16,105 bases of DNA from Abditibacteriaceae bacterium (GCA_031372065.1 JANMKN010000056.1:1-16105), one strand, 5' to 3'; positions 1-8,796 are shown, counted from the first letter of the stretch. Notes: generated by a model not told the origin, from the letters alone. Translations and numbers: made by a program.

Positions 1-149
1 CAATCGGCAGGAAATGCGTGTTTTTTGCCTGACAATTTACGCCGCGATGAAGAAATACGGTGTATGTGCATGACCACAACCGGCAACGAAAACGGCGGCA
101 AAGCCGTGAAAATTGTGCGACCTGTGACGTAAAATACGCGCAAAGACGC

Positions 150-189
150 AGAAAAAGGACGCACAGAATATTCTGTGCCTCCTTTTTCT
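150..189. terminator. Probable bidirectional intrinsic terminator downstream of the large surface-protein gene
   Basis: agaaaaaggacgcacagaat/attctgtgcctcctttttct is a 20-bp inverted repeat with one mismatch and A/T tracts on both sides. It lies 36 bp past the stop at 226. Confidence 0.85.
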
Positions 190-225
190 TTATCGCTAAA
201 GTTGACCTTGCGGTGACCAAAGTCC

Positions 226-3200
226 TTAGTGCGTCTGGATGTTACCGCTGTTGATGGTGCCGCCGTTGGTGTAACCGTTGCTGATGGTGATGTTGAAGGT
301 GTCGCGTCCGTTGCCGGGTTCGCCTACGTCTTTGACATTCACCACAAAGGTGACAGCCACGCCGCCCACAGTGCCCTTGCCGAAGATGCGGGCGTCAATG
401 CCATTGGCGTTGACAACTAAGGCCGTAATCTGCGTGCTGCTGAGGCTGAGGGCGCCATCGGTGTAAGTAACGCTGCCTTTGAGGGCGCCGTTCTTGTCCA
501 CCTGCGGGTTGATGTTGAAGCTGGCATTGCCGGAAGTCTTGCCCGCGATGGAACCACTACCCGTTACCTTGCCGCCCGAAGTGTTGGAAGGCAGGTTGAC
601 CGTGATGACAACCGTATCGGTGCTGTTGGCGCCGGAGGGGTCAGTCACCGTCAGCGTGATGGTGTTGACACCAACGGGCAGGTTGACCGTTGGGTTGGCG
701 CCGCTGGCTGTGACGCCTGCGCCTGTCCACGCGTAGGTCAGCGTATCGCCGTCAATGTCGCTCGAAGCGCTGCCGTTCAACGTCACCGGCGTTGTCACGC
801 CGGTAGCCGTCACCGTTTGGTCGGGGCCAGCGTTGGCAAGCGGCGCATCGTTGACGGCTTTGACCGTGATGGAAACCGTAGCTGTGTTGCTGTCCACCGT
901 GCCGTCCTTGGCTTTGAAGGTGAAGCTATCAGAGCCGTTATAGTTGAGGTTCGGCGTGTAGGTGCGGTTCGCGCCGCTGCCACTCAAGGTGCCATGCGCC
1001 GGGCCGCTGACGATGGAGTAAGTCAACGCGTCGCCATCAATGTCACTGGCGTGCAGTGTGATGGCTTTGGCGGTGTCTTCGTCCGTCGTTACGCTTTGGT
1101 CATCAGCGGTTGGTGCATCGTTGACGGCATTCACGGTGACTGTTACCGTTGCTGTGCCTTCGCCGCCGTTGCCATCGCTGATGGTGTAAGTGAAGCTGTC
1201 GCCACCGTTGTAGTTGGCATTCGGCGTGTAAGTTAGCGTGCCGTCAGCGTTGATAACAACGTTGCCATGCGCGCCATTGGTTTTGCTGGCAACGTGCAGC
1301 GTATCGCCATCAACGTCAGAGTCGTTGGCTTTGACGTTGATGGTGACTGGGTTATCTTCGTCTGTCGTCGCGCTGTCGTTGACTGCAAGCGGCGCATCGT
1401 TGATGGCGTTGACGGTGAGTGTGACGGTGACGGTTGCACTTTCCAAGAAGCCATCGGTGGCCTTGTAGGTGAAGCTGTCAGCGCCGTTGTAGTTGAGGTT
1501 TGCCTTGTAGCTAAAGCTGCCATTGTCGTTCAAAGTCAGCGTGCCGTGTGCGGGGCCAGTGACTTTGACGGCGTGCAGCGCTTCGCCATCGAGTTCTTCG
1601 TCGTTGAAAAGCACGCCGGGTGCCGGAACATTGAGCGTTTGGTCTTCGTTGGCGGCATAGCTGTCGCCTTGAGCAATCGGCGCATCACAAACCGCATGAA
1701 CAGTGATGGAAACCTCGGCTTCGTTGGAATCAAGCGTGCCATCGTTGGCGACGAAGCTGAAGCTATCGGAGCCGTCATTCATGGTGCCCAGAGGATAGTT
1801 GGCATCTGGGGTGTATTTAACGACGTTGCTGGTCGGCGTGTTATTCACAATCGCGCTGCCGTCGCTGTTGGTGAGGGTGCCGTGTTGGGGCAACTCGATG
1901 AGGGAATAGGTCAGCGTGTCGCCGTCAACGTCGCTGGCGCCCAAAGTGATAGCTTTGGCGACATCTTCGTTGGTGCTTACGCTCTGGTCAGCGGCAGTCG
2001 GTGCGTCGTTGACGGCATTGACCGTTACGGTCACAGTTGCTGTTCCTTCGCCACCGTTGTTATCGCTGATGGTGTAGGTAAAGCTGTCCGGGCCATTGTA
2101 GTTGGCGTTCGGCGTGTAGGTTACGGTGCCGTCAGCATTGATAACAACGCTGCCATACGCGCCGTTGGTTTTGCTGGCAACGTGCAAGGTGTCGCCATCC
2201 ACATCGGTGTCATTGGCTTTGACGTTGAGGGTGACTGCGTTGTCTTCGTTTGTCGTGGCGCTGTCGTTGACTGCTACAGGCGCGTCGTTGACAGAATTGA
2301 TGGTCACCGTAATGGTGGCTTCTGCCGAAAGATTACCATCGTTGGCGACGAAGGTGAATGTGTCGGTGCCGTTTTCCTCAGCGATTGGCGTGTAAGTGTA
2401 GGCGCCGGTACCCGCGTCGGTGATGACCGCGCTGCCCTTGGTGCCGTTGGTGACGATGCTGTAAGTCAGCGCATCGCCGTCAATATCGTTGCCGACTAAG
2501 GTGCCGCTCTTGGCGGTGTCTTCATCGGTGCTTAATGTGCCATCGTCGGCTGTTGGTGCGTCGTTGACGGCTTTGACCGTGATGGAAACCGTGGCGACAT
2601 TGCTGTCTACGATGCCGTCGTTGGCCTTGAAGGTGAAGCTGTCAGGGCCGTTATAGTTAGCATCCGGCGTGTAAGTCAGGTTCGGCGCGGTGCCGGAAAG
2701 CGTGCCCTGCGTCGGGGCGTCTACAACCGTATAGGTCAGCGGGTTGTTGTCGGCATCCGTCGCCGTCAGCGTGATGGCTTTGGCGACATCTTCATCGGTG
2801 GTTGCGCTTTTGTCATCGGCAACTGGAGCAGTGTTGACGAAGAGTGATTCATAAGCGCCGATGTCCACACTGCTGCCAATGATACGCGGATAGTTAGCGC
2901 CGCGTTGGTCATATGTCAGTCCAGCCGCCGCTGCATTGCTGCCTGCATTCACGGCTGTTCCATACGTTGTCAGCGCGATGGTTTGGGTTGGCCCGCCGTT
3001 GTTTTGCAAACCGGCGGGGTCGAGGCCAGCTTGCGCCGCCGTGCCACTGGTGATGTTGTTGCCGCCAGTGGTGACGCCCAGGTCATAGATGTTGGCGATG
3101 TAGGGCGATGTATTACCCGCAACGATGCTGTTGTTGAGCACCAGCGTGTTGAAGTTGAGGATGGCGCCGCCGTAGTTGGCAGTGTTGCCCGATACCGTAG

Positions 3201-5193
3201 TGTTGGCGAGGTCCAGCGTGCCGCCGTCGCCGTTGCGGATGGCGCCACCGCCGTAGGTGGTGCTATTACCCGACAGCGTGCTGTTGGTGACGTTGGTGAT
3301 GCCGTTGGCGTTGTAGACGGCGCCGCCGTCACCGACGGAGGTGTTGCCGCTGAGGGTGCTGTTCTGCACCACTAACGTGGCATTGTTGAAGATGCCGCCG
3401 CCAGCCACAGCGGAGTTACCGCTGAGGGTGCTGTTCTGCACCACTAACGTGCTATTCGATGGGTTGACGTAGATGGCGCCGCCGTTGCTGGTGCCGCCCA
3501 CAGCGGAGTTGCCGCTGAAGGTGCTGTTTTGCACCGTGAACGTTCCCTGATTGATTACGACAGCACCGCCGTTGCCGTTCTGGGAGAGGTTCCCACTGAA
3601 CGTGCTGTTGGTTATGGTCGTGGGCCCGTTCCCGTTGTTGGCGATGACGCCTCCGTCACGAGGAGCGGAGTTCTGGTTGAACGTGCTGCCGGTCACCGTC
3701 AACGTTCCGAAGAGGTTGTAAACAGCGCCGCCGTCGTTAATCAGGGTGGAGTTGTTGTTCACGGTGCTATTTACAATTTCCACGCTGGTCTGATAGAAGA
3801 AGATTGCGCCGGCGCCGTCGCCGGCGGAGTTGCCGCTGAGGGTGCTGTTGGTGATGGTCACAGGGCTATAGGCGTAGATGGCGCCGCCTTGATTAGCGGT
3901 GTTGCCTGACAGCGTGCTGTTCGTGATGGCGAGGGTGCCGAGGTTGCGGATGGCGCCGCCTTCGCCGCCCTCTGCCCTGCCGCCGCTGAGCGTCAGGTTG
4001 TTCAGCGACAGGTTGGCGCCGCTGTTCACGTTCAACAGTTGCACGTCGCCGGTGTTGTTGGTGCCGGAGTTATTGGCATCGCCGCTGATTGTCACGCCGC
4101 CCGCTTGGGTGTTGGTGATCGTGAGCGTGCCGTTGTTGACGATGTTGGGCAGTGTGGTCAAGAGCCGGATGGTGCCCGTCACGCTGAAGGTAACAGTGTC
4201 GTTGCTCGGCAGGCTGTTGGCGTAATTAACGGCCTCGCGTAAGCTGGTCAGGCCATCGTTCGCCGTCACATCTTGCGTGGTGTCAACAATCAGCGAAGGC
4301 ACTTCGTTGACCATGATGGAAACCGTAGCGATGTTGCTGTCAATGGTGCCGTCGTTGGCCTTGAAAGTGAAGCTGTCAGGGCCAGCATAGTTATTGGCTG
4401 GCGTATAGGTGCGATTGGCACCCGTGCCCGAAAGCGTGCCGTGGGTTGGAGCGCTGACAATCGTATAAGTCAGTGGGTTGTTGTCGGCGTCGCTGGCGCC
4501 CAATGTGATGTTAGCGGGCGTGCCTTCGTTGACCGCTACGCTCTGGCTGCTGGCAACTGGGGCGATGTTTGTGGGAACAGACGTAATTTTTACATCATCC
4601 ACGCCAACCTGAAAGAAAAACTGGTCGTCGGCCATCGCAAAACGCAAACGCACGGTCTGGCCAGCAAAGGCCGAAAGGTTGGCGCTCAGTGAAAATGGCG
4701 CTCTGGTCAACGGGTCACCTACGTTGGTTTTGAAGATAGTGGTTAAGATGTCTGCGGAAGCTACCGATAAGATATTGGCGGTTGGCTTCATAACATCAAT
4801 ACGATACTGCTGATTGCCACCTGACGGATTTAAATGAGCAGGTGTAAGAAACACGCTATAGCGATTGTAATAATATGTCTGAAATGACAGATTATGACTT
4901 TGGTTGGCCTCTAAAACGATGTCCTGATACAGAATAAGGGACGAAGGGCTATTTTGATCACACATAGCAGCGCGCGTTCCCTGGGGAGGTGCAGCAACAG
5001 ACTGCCCGGAAACAGGACTGTTTGTTCCTGTGTAATTATTCCAAGCCCCACCGCCGCTATTGACAACTCCCCAACCTGCCAGAGTTCCGTTTTCAAAGTT
5101 GCCATTGGTAATGGTAGCGGCGTAAGCGCTTTGGGCACTCACGAGGGATAGCGCAAGGGCCATCCACAGAAAAACACGTCTCATAATCATCAT
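226..5193 (-). CDS. Large secreted multi-domain surface protein / putative adhesin. Architecture: signal peptide, N-terminal beta-sandwich domain, Ig-like repeat, CSLREA-like motif, Pmp-like beta-helix, choice-of-anchor-Q-like segment, 7 more tandem-95/Big_9 repeats, PKD-like domain, post-COAP-1-like C-terminus
   Basis: 1655-aa ORF with a Sec signal ending in AYA and an AAAGGA RBS upstream. Motifs: DGLTSLREAV; repeated GGAI / FSGN / LSGN; LQNNGGPTQTIAL...DQRG...VDIGAYE; eight N(D)APxA...D(G)DxLTY...TYTP...GxDSFT repeats; APLANAGPDQ PKD-like domain; C-terminal GKVTGSG...DVGEPGNGRDTF...GNIQTH. Confidence 0.9.
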   Translation of the reverse strand: MMIMRRVFLWMALALSLVSAQSAYAATITNGNFENGTLAGWGVVNSGGGAWNNYTGTNSPVSGQSVAAPPQGTRAAMCDQNSPSSLILYQDIVLEANQSHNLSFQTYYYNRYSVFLTPAHLNPSGGNQQYRIDVMKPTANILSVASADILTTIFKTNVGDPLTRAPFSLSANLSAFAGQTVRLRFAMADDQFFFQVGVDDVKITSVPTNIAPVASSQSVAVNEGTPANITLGASDADNNPLTYTIVSAPTHGTLSGTGANRTYTPANNYAGPDSFTFKANDGTIDSNIATVSIMVNEVPSLIVDTTQDVTANDGLTSLREAVNYANSLPSNDTVTFSVTGTIRLLTTLPNIVNNGTLTITNTQAGGVTISGDANNSGTNNTGDVQLLNVNSGANLSLNNLTLSGGRAEGGEGGAIRNLGTLAITNSTLSGNTANQGGAIYAYSPVTITNSTLSGNSAGDGAGAIFFYQTSVEIVNSTVNNNSTLINDGGAVYNLFGTLTVTGSTFNQNSAPRDGGVIANNGNGPTTITNSTFSGNLSQNGNGGAVVINQGTFTVQNSTFSGNSAVGGTSNGGAIYVNPSNSTLVVQNSTLSGNSAVAGGGIFNNATLVVQNSTLSGNTSVGDGGAVYNANGITNVTNSTLSGNSTTYGGGAIRNGDGGTLDLANTTVSGNTANYGGAILNFNTLVLNNSIVAGNTSPYIANIYDLGVTTGGNNITSGTAAQAGLDPAGLQNNGGPTQTIALTTYGTAVNAGSNAAAAGLTYDQRGANYPRIIGSSVDIGAYESLFVNTAPVADDKSATTDEDVAKAITLTATDADNNPLTYTVVDAPTQGTLSGTAPNLTYTPDANYNGPDSFTFKANDGIVDSNVATVSITVKAVNDAPTADDGTLSTDEDTAKSGTLVGNDIDGDALTYSIVTNGTKGSAVITDAGTGAYTYTPIAEENGTDTFTFVANDGNLSAEATITVTINSVNDAPVAVNDSATTNEDNAVTLNVKANDTDVDGDTLHVASKTNGAYGSVVINADGTVTYTPNANYNGPDSFTYTISDNNGGEGTATVTVTVNAVNDAPTAADQSVSTNEDVAKAITLGASDVDGDTLTYSLIELPQHGTLTNSDGSAIVNNTPTSNVVKYTPDANYPLGTMNDGSDSFSFVANDGTLDSNEAEVSITVHAVCDAPIAQGDSYAANEDQTLNVPAPGVLFNDEELDGEALHAVKVTGPAHGTLTLNDNGSFSYKANLNYNGADSFTYKATDGFLESATVTVTLTVNAINDAPLAVNDSATTDEDNPVTINVKANDSDVDGDTLHVASKTNGAHGNVVINADGTLTYTPNANYNGGDSFTYTISDGNGGEGTATVTVTVNAVNDAPTADDQSVTTDEDTAKAITLHASDIDGDALTYSIVSGPAHGTLSGSGANRTYTPNLNYNGSDSFTFKAKDGTVDSNTATVSITVKAVNDAPLANAGPDQTVTATGVTTPVTLNGSASSDIDGDTLTYAWTGAGVTASGANPTVNLPVGVNTITLTVTDPSGANSTDTVVITVNLPSNTSGGKVTGSGSIAGKTSGNASFNINPQVDKNGALKGSVTYTDGALSLSSTQITALVVNANGIDARIFGKGTVGGVAVTFVVNVKDVGEPGNGRDTFNITISNGYTNGGTINSGNIQTH
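3347..3451. repeat. Intragenic tandem duplication in the beta-helix (33-bp identical unit, 72-bp offset)
   Basis: ccgctgagggtgctgttctgcaccactaacgtg occurs at 3347-3379 and at 3419-3451, encoding TLVVQNSTLSG twice. A related third copy lies near 3500-3535. Confidence 0.85.
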
Positions 5194-5309
5194 TTGTCCT
5201 TTGGCGGGTTATGGCCCGCACTTTTACTTTTACGGCTGCGTGCGGCTCTTTGGCGGCTTGTTTTCCGCTAAGGTGGCACACTACATCGGCATTTTGAGAG
5301 GGAGGCTAA

Positions 5310-5357
5310 TTGAAGTGAAGACGCCCGATAAGATGGGCGACTAAGAATTCACTTCAA
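5310..5357. other. Nested stem-loop in the putative 5' leader of the surface-protein gene
   Basis: ttgaagtgaa (5310-5319) pairs perfectly with ttcacttcaa (5348-5357) and encloses an inner cgccc/gggcg stem (5322-5326/5335-5339). Confidence 0.5.
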
Positions 5358-5509
5358 AGAACTTCAATAAACGGCGAAACCGGTTGCTGAGATTAACCGC
5401 CAAGCGCCGCTCACACTCTCAAAAAACACCTATCATTGACAAAAATTGGGCGATACTTTGGTTTGTCCCTACTACTATAACCGTTATTGACAGCGAATAG
5501 GTGCAACAA

Positions 5510-5550
5510 AAAGTGAGTTTCGTCACTTTAAAAAAGTGAATCTTGTCACT
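5510..5550. promoter_or_regulatory. Two tandem CRP/FNR-family operator palindromes (AGTGA-N6-TCACT)
   Basis: AAAGTGA-gtttcg-TCACTTT (5510-5529) and AGTGA-atcttg-TCACT (5535-5550), 23 bp apart. Both match the GTGA-N6-TCAC CRP core and lie between the crp-like gene and the surface-protein gene. Confidence 0.8.
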
Positions 5551-5633
5551 ATTGCACAATTTACTGTTATTTATCGCCCTAAAAGTGGCAAGGGAGGGAT
5601 TTTGCAGGGCGCGACGGGGCATTTTGCAAGGCT

Positions 5634-6395
5634 TTATCGTTTGGGAATCGATTGGGCGTGGGCGCGGGCCAAACCCTCTCTATCAGTTATCAGGAGGCGA
5701 AATTGCGGGCGTTTTTCGATGTAGCCGAGTTCGACAAATTGCTTGAAAACTTTGTTGACACTCTCGCGCGTATGGCCGGTGAGCGAGGCCAACAATTTCT
5801 GGCGCAGGGGAAATGGCAAGAGCACGCTGTTATCGTCTTGCACTTCCCCATATTGGTGGGCGATTAATAAAAGCTGCGCGGCAACGGCGCCGTTGACGTT
5901 ATGCAAGGCTAAAATTTCCTGCCGCCACGATTGAAAACGCACCAAACGCACTAAATGCTGCAAGATGGCTGTTTGAAAAACCGGCATGGCATTCATAAAG
6001 TGGCAAAAGTCGGCTACCGCTAATTTGTGCCCTTCCACCTCTTCCAAAGCCACGACCGAATATGAATGCGCGATGCCATCTATCGCGCTCAATTCACCCA
6101 TGCAACTGCCGTATCCCATCACTGCCATCACAATAGCATTCTCATTTTCTTCGTAAACGATTTCGTGGTTGTTGCCGCTTATCACTTTGATGCTGCTGCG
6201 AACCACTTTGACACAGCCGCTTTCCACGAAATACACCCAGCCGGCATACTGGTTTTGTTCTATCAGACGCTGCTCTGGCTTGCAGCGAAAAGGCTGCATA
6301 AATTCAAAGGCTTCTTTACGCTCCGCGACTGACAATTTCTGAAACAAACGAAATTTGGGACAGCTTTCTACACAACCAGCAGCCGCGTCTTCCAT
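5634..6395 (-). CDS. Crp/Fnr family transcriptional regulator
   Basis: cNMP-binding-like domain (VYFVESGCVKV...GELSAIDG...SVVALE) and C-terminal HTH (LRQKLLASLTGHTRESVNKVFKQF...GYI). ATG 6395 has an AAGGA RBS, and TATAAT lies further upstream at 6439-6434. GTG 6431 is an alternative start. Confidence 0.92.
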   Translation of the reverse strand: MEDAAAGCVESCPKFRLFQKLSVAERKEAFEFMQPFRCKPEQRLIEQNQYAGWVYFVESGCVKVVRSSIKVISGNNHEIVYEENENAIVMAVMGYGSCMGELSAIDGIAHSYSVVALEEVEGHKLAVADFCHFMNAMPVFQTAILQHLVRLVRFQSWRQEILALHNVNGAVAAQLLLIAHQYGEVQDDNSVLLPFPLRQKLLASLTGHTRESVNKVFKQFVELGYIEKRPQFRLLITDREGLARAHAQSIPKR

Positions 6396-6489
6396 AAATT
6401 CCTTGATAACACAAAATATTCGCTTGGGCACACATTATATAGTCACCGCGCACACTTCGCTATGGCAGAAGCGCCTTCGATTGCAAACC

Positions 6490-6525
6490 AAAAAAGGGAG
6501 AGGCCATAAATTTTGCCTCTCCCTT
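6490..6525 (-). terminator. Intrinsic terminator after the Spy/CpxP-like gene
   Basis: 11-bp stem aagggagaggc/gcctctccctt, followed on the minus strand by a T6 tract. Confidence 0.85.
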
Positions 6526-6553
6526 CCCCTTGTTTTTCGCTTACGAGTTTGCT

Positions 6554-7138
6554 TTAGTTTCGCGGCGCAGGCGGCGGCGGCGCGGTGACACTCGGACTGT
6601 TGGCGCCGTTGCCACGATTCGCGCCGCCAAAACCACCATTGGCGCGGCCAGTTCCATTATTGCCGCCATTGCCGCCATTACCGCCAAATTGAGCGCGCCG
6701 TTGGGCTTGCATGGCGTCGTATTTGGTTTGTTGTGCGGGCGTGAGTAGCGCTTTGATTTCCGCATCCGAGGCGGCGCGAATCGGGCGCATTTTTTCGCGG
6801 CGTTGCTGACGCGTTAGCGTTGTATCGTCGAAGATCGGCTTGAGGCGCGGCGCATCGGCGTCTTGGATCGCTTTAATTTTCGCGACCTGCTCCGGCGTGA
6901 GTTGCAATTGCTGCGTCATTTGCTCCAAACGGCGCGCGGCCATTTGTTGCGGATTGAAACCGCCCGGCCCACCCATGGCGCCGCGATTGCCGCCCGTGGC
7001 AGCAGCGGCTTCATTCTGGCGCTCTTGCAAGGCGCCGCGCACATAGGAGCCGAAAGTCAACAACACGGCCAACAGCGAAACCGCAAACAAAATGAGGTGC
7101 GCCTTGGTGAGTTCGTTCTTTTTCGTGGTGTTATTCAT
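6554..7138 (-). CDS. Spy/CpxP-like LTXXQ-motif periplasmic protein with N-terminal membrane anchor and Gly/Asn/Pro-rich tail
   Basis: N-terminal hydrophobic helix; LQLTPEQ and LLTPAQQ motifs; helical Q/R/M-rich core; ATGA overlap with the upstream gene at 7135-7138. Confidence 0.75.
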   Translation of the reverse strand: MNNTTKKNELTKAHLILFAVSLLAVLLTFGSYVRGALQERQNEAAAATGGNRGAMGGPGGFNPQQMAARRLEQMTQQLQLTPEQVAKIKAIQDADAPRLKPIFDDTTLTRQQRREKMRPIRAASDAEIKALLTPAQQTKYDAMQAQRRAQFGGNGGNGGNNGTGRANGGFGGANRGNGANSPSVTAPPPPAPRN

Positions 7139-7533
7139 GGTGATCCTGTGTCCGATGTGCTTTTTTCGGCTTGTTCCATTGGCAATTTATAGCTGAAAAA
7201 CACGCCCAATGCCAGCATGAGCCATGTCATAATTTGCAGTTCGTGCAGATGCGTCAAAAAATACGGCAAGCTGTCGTCGGCTAAGAATGGTTCAAAGCGC
7301 CATTCGGTAAACAAACCTAAAATCAAACCCGCCACCGCGCAAAAGTAAGCCAACAGCGCCGACTTTTGCCCCGCGCCCTTGGCCGCGCCCCAGCCGAGCA
7401 TGACAGGCGGCAAAGCCAGCGCATAGAATCCCATTTTGGCGACTAAGAAAAAGGCGTAGTAACCCATTGCGCCGCCCAAAAGCGCGCCGATTACTCCTCT
7501 CACCAACACTTGTGTTTGATTCGGTTCTTTCAT
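7135..7533 (-). CDS. Small integral membrane protein (~4 TM), function unknown
   Basis: Four hydrophobic Gly/Ala-rich segments. Start reassigned to ATG 7533 (MKEPNQ) because the longer ORF would overlap the divergent promoter region. Stop codon overlaps the next start. Confidence 0.75.
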   Translation of the reverse strand: MKEPNQTQVLVRGVIGALLGGAMGYYAFFLVAKMGFYALALPPVMLGWGAAKGAGQKSALLAYFCAVAGLILGLFTEWRFEPFLADDSLPYFLTHLHELQIMTWLMLALGVFFSYKLPMEQAEKSTSDTGSP

Positions 7534-7636
7534 GCGGGAAAAGCTCTTTGCAAGAATGTTCCTAATTATCGCATAGCATAAACACTTCGACATAGATGTT
7601 TTGTCAGAAAAAGGCACTCACCACACGAGAAAACTT

Positions 7637-8617
7637 ATGACCAACTTCAAAAAAGCCTTGCCTCACCTCACAAAAGCCGCTTGCGCGCTGCTGTTTTCGC
7701 TGTTTTCGGCCACTTTTTCGACTGCTTTTGCCGACGAACTCACCATCGGGCCGGATTATGCCGATTCGCCGGAAATGACAGTGCGCGAGGGCGTGCCGCA
7801 AGGCACATTGCACGAATTCACTATGAATTCTACTGACAGCAAAATTTATCCGGGCATCGCCAAAAACCAACCCGGAACGGTGCCGTATCAGCGCAAAGTG
7901 GTGGTTTATGTGCCCCAACAATACGTTCCCGGCACCCCGGCGCCTTTTATTGTGGCGCAAGATGGCCTCGGTTATCGCAGCGCGCTGCCCAAAGTGCTGG
8001 ACAACCTCATCAACGAAAAGCGCGTGCCGGTGATGATCGCCATTATGATTAATTCCGGCGGCGGCGATTCGCTCGGCAGCGAGCGCGGCCTCGAATACGA
8101 CACGGTTTCGGACGTTTATGCCAACTTCATCGAAACAGAAGTGCTGCCCAAAATCAGCGCCGATTACAACATTACTTTCACCAAAGACCCCGAAGGCCGC
8201 GCCACGATGGGCGGCAGTTCGGGCGGCGCGGCGGCTTTTACGATGGCGTGGTTTCGCCCCGACCTTTACCATCGCGTGCTGACGTATTCCGGCACTTATG
8301 TCAATCAGCAATCGCCCGTCAATGCCGCTTCGCCGCATGGCGCGTGGGAATATCACGAGCATTTCATTCCGCAAAGCGAAAAGAAGCCGCTGCGCATTTG
8401 GCTGGAAGTCAGCGAAAACGATAACGGCTCCACGCGCGACGAGGCCTCACTGCACAACTGGGTCATGGCGAATCAGCGCATGGCGGCGGCGCTCAAAGCC
8501 AAAGACTACGATTATCGTTACGTTTTCGCGCAAAAAGCCGGTCACACCGATGGCCGCGTGACGCGCCAAACGCTCGCCTCGGCGCTCGAATGGCTGTGGC
8601 AGGGTTATCCTAAATAA
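7637..8617 (+). CDS. Secreted alpha/beta-hydrolase esterase (enterochelin esterase/Fes-like family)
   Basis: Signal peptide ending in AFA; VVYVPQQY...VAQDG; ERGLEYD; nucleophile elbow GGSSGG; C-terminal GH. ATG 7637 chosen as the start. Confidence 0.88.
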   Translation: MTNFKKALPHLTKAACALLFSLFSATFSTAFADELTIGPDYADSPEMTVREGVPQGTLHEFTMNSTDSKIYPGIAKNQPGTVPYQRKVVVYVPQQYVPGTPAPFIVAQDGLGYRSALPKVLDNLINEKRVPVMIAIMINSGGGDSLGSERGLEYDTVSDVYANFIETEVLPKISADYNITFTKDPEGRATMGGSSGGAAAFTMAWFRPDLYHRVLTYSGTYVNQQSPVNAASPHGAWEYHEHFIPQSEKKPLRIWLEVSENDNGSTRDEASLHNWVMANQRMAAALKAKDYDYRYVFAQKAGHTDGRVTRQTLASALEWLWQGYPK

Positions 8618-8642
8618 AAGGATGGTGCGCGCTTGGCTTTCG

Positions 8643-8756
8643 CGCCGGTTGAAACCGGCGTCTGGAGGGGCAAAGCCTGCCTTTGCAGGCTCATAATCAA
8701 GGTTTGGAGGCCACGAAGGTGGCCTTGGCTTTTGCAGGGGCCGGTTTCAACCGGTC
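8643..8756. repeat. REP/REPIN-like doublet: two 49-bp double-hairpin units in inverted orientation with a 16-bp spacer
   Basis: The reverse complement of 8643-8691 aligns without gaps to 8708-8756. Both contain gccggtttcaaccgg exactly and a 7-bp hairpin with an RAAG loop. Confidence 0.8.
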
Positions 8757-8796
8757 TTCAAACCCGCACCATCCATTAACTAAAGAAGGGGCAAAC

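Noticed and set aside
100..140. GTGA/TGTGA half-sites near the window start
   Set aside because: There is no properly spaced TCAC partner, so the match is too weak to call a CRP site.
817..4692. Long plus-strand ORFs (e.g. 1267..2499, 410 aa) opposite the surface-protein gene
   Set aside because: Antisense shadows of a repetitive, codon-biased gene; they show no motifs of their own.
5194..5420. Possible c-di-GMP riboswitch upstream of the adhesin
   Set aside because: I could not find the GEMM-I or GEMM-II consensus elements by eye. An Rfam scan would be decisive.
8683..8796. N-terminal extension of the 413-aa ORF
   Set aside because: It runs through the REP-like element. The RBS and signal peptide support ATG 8797.
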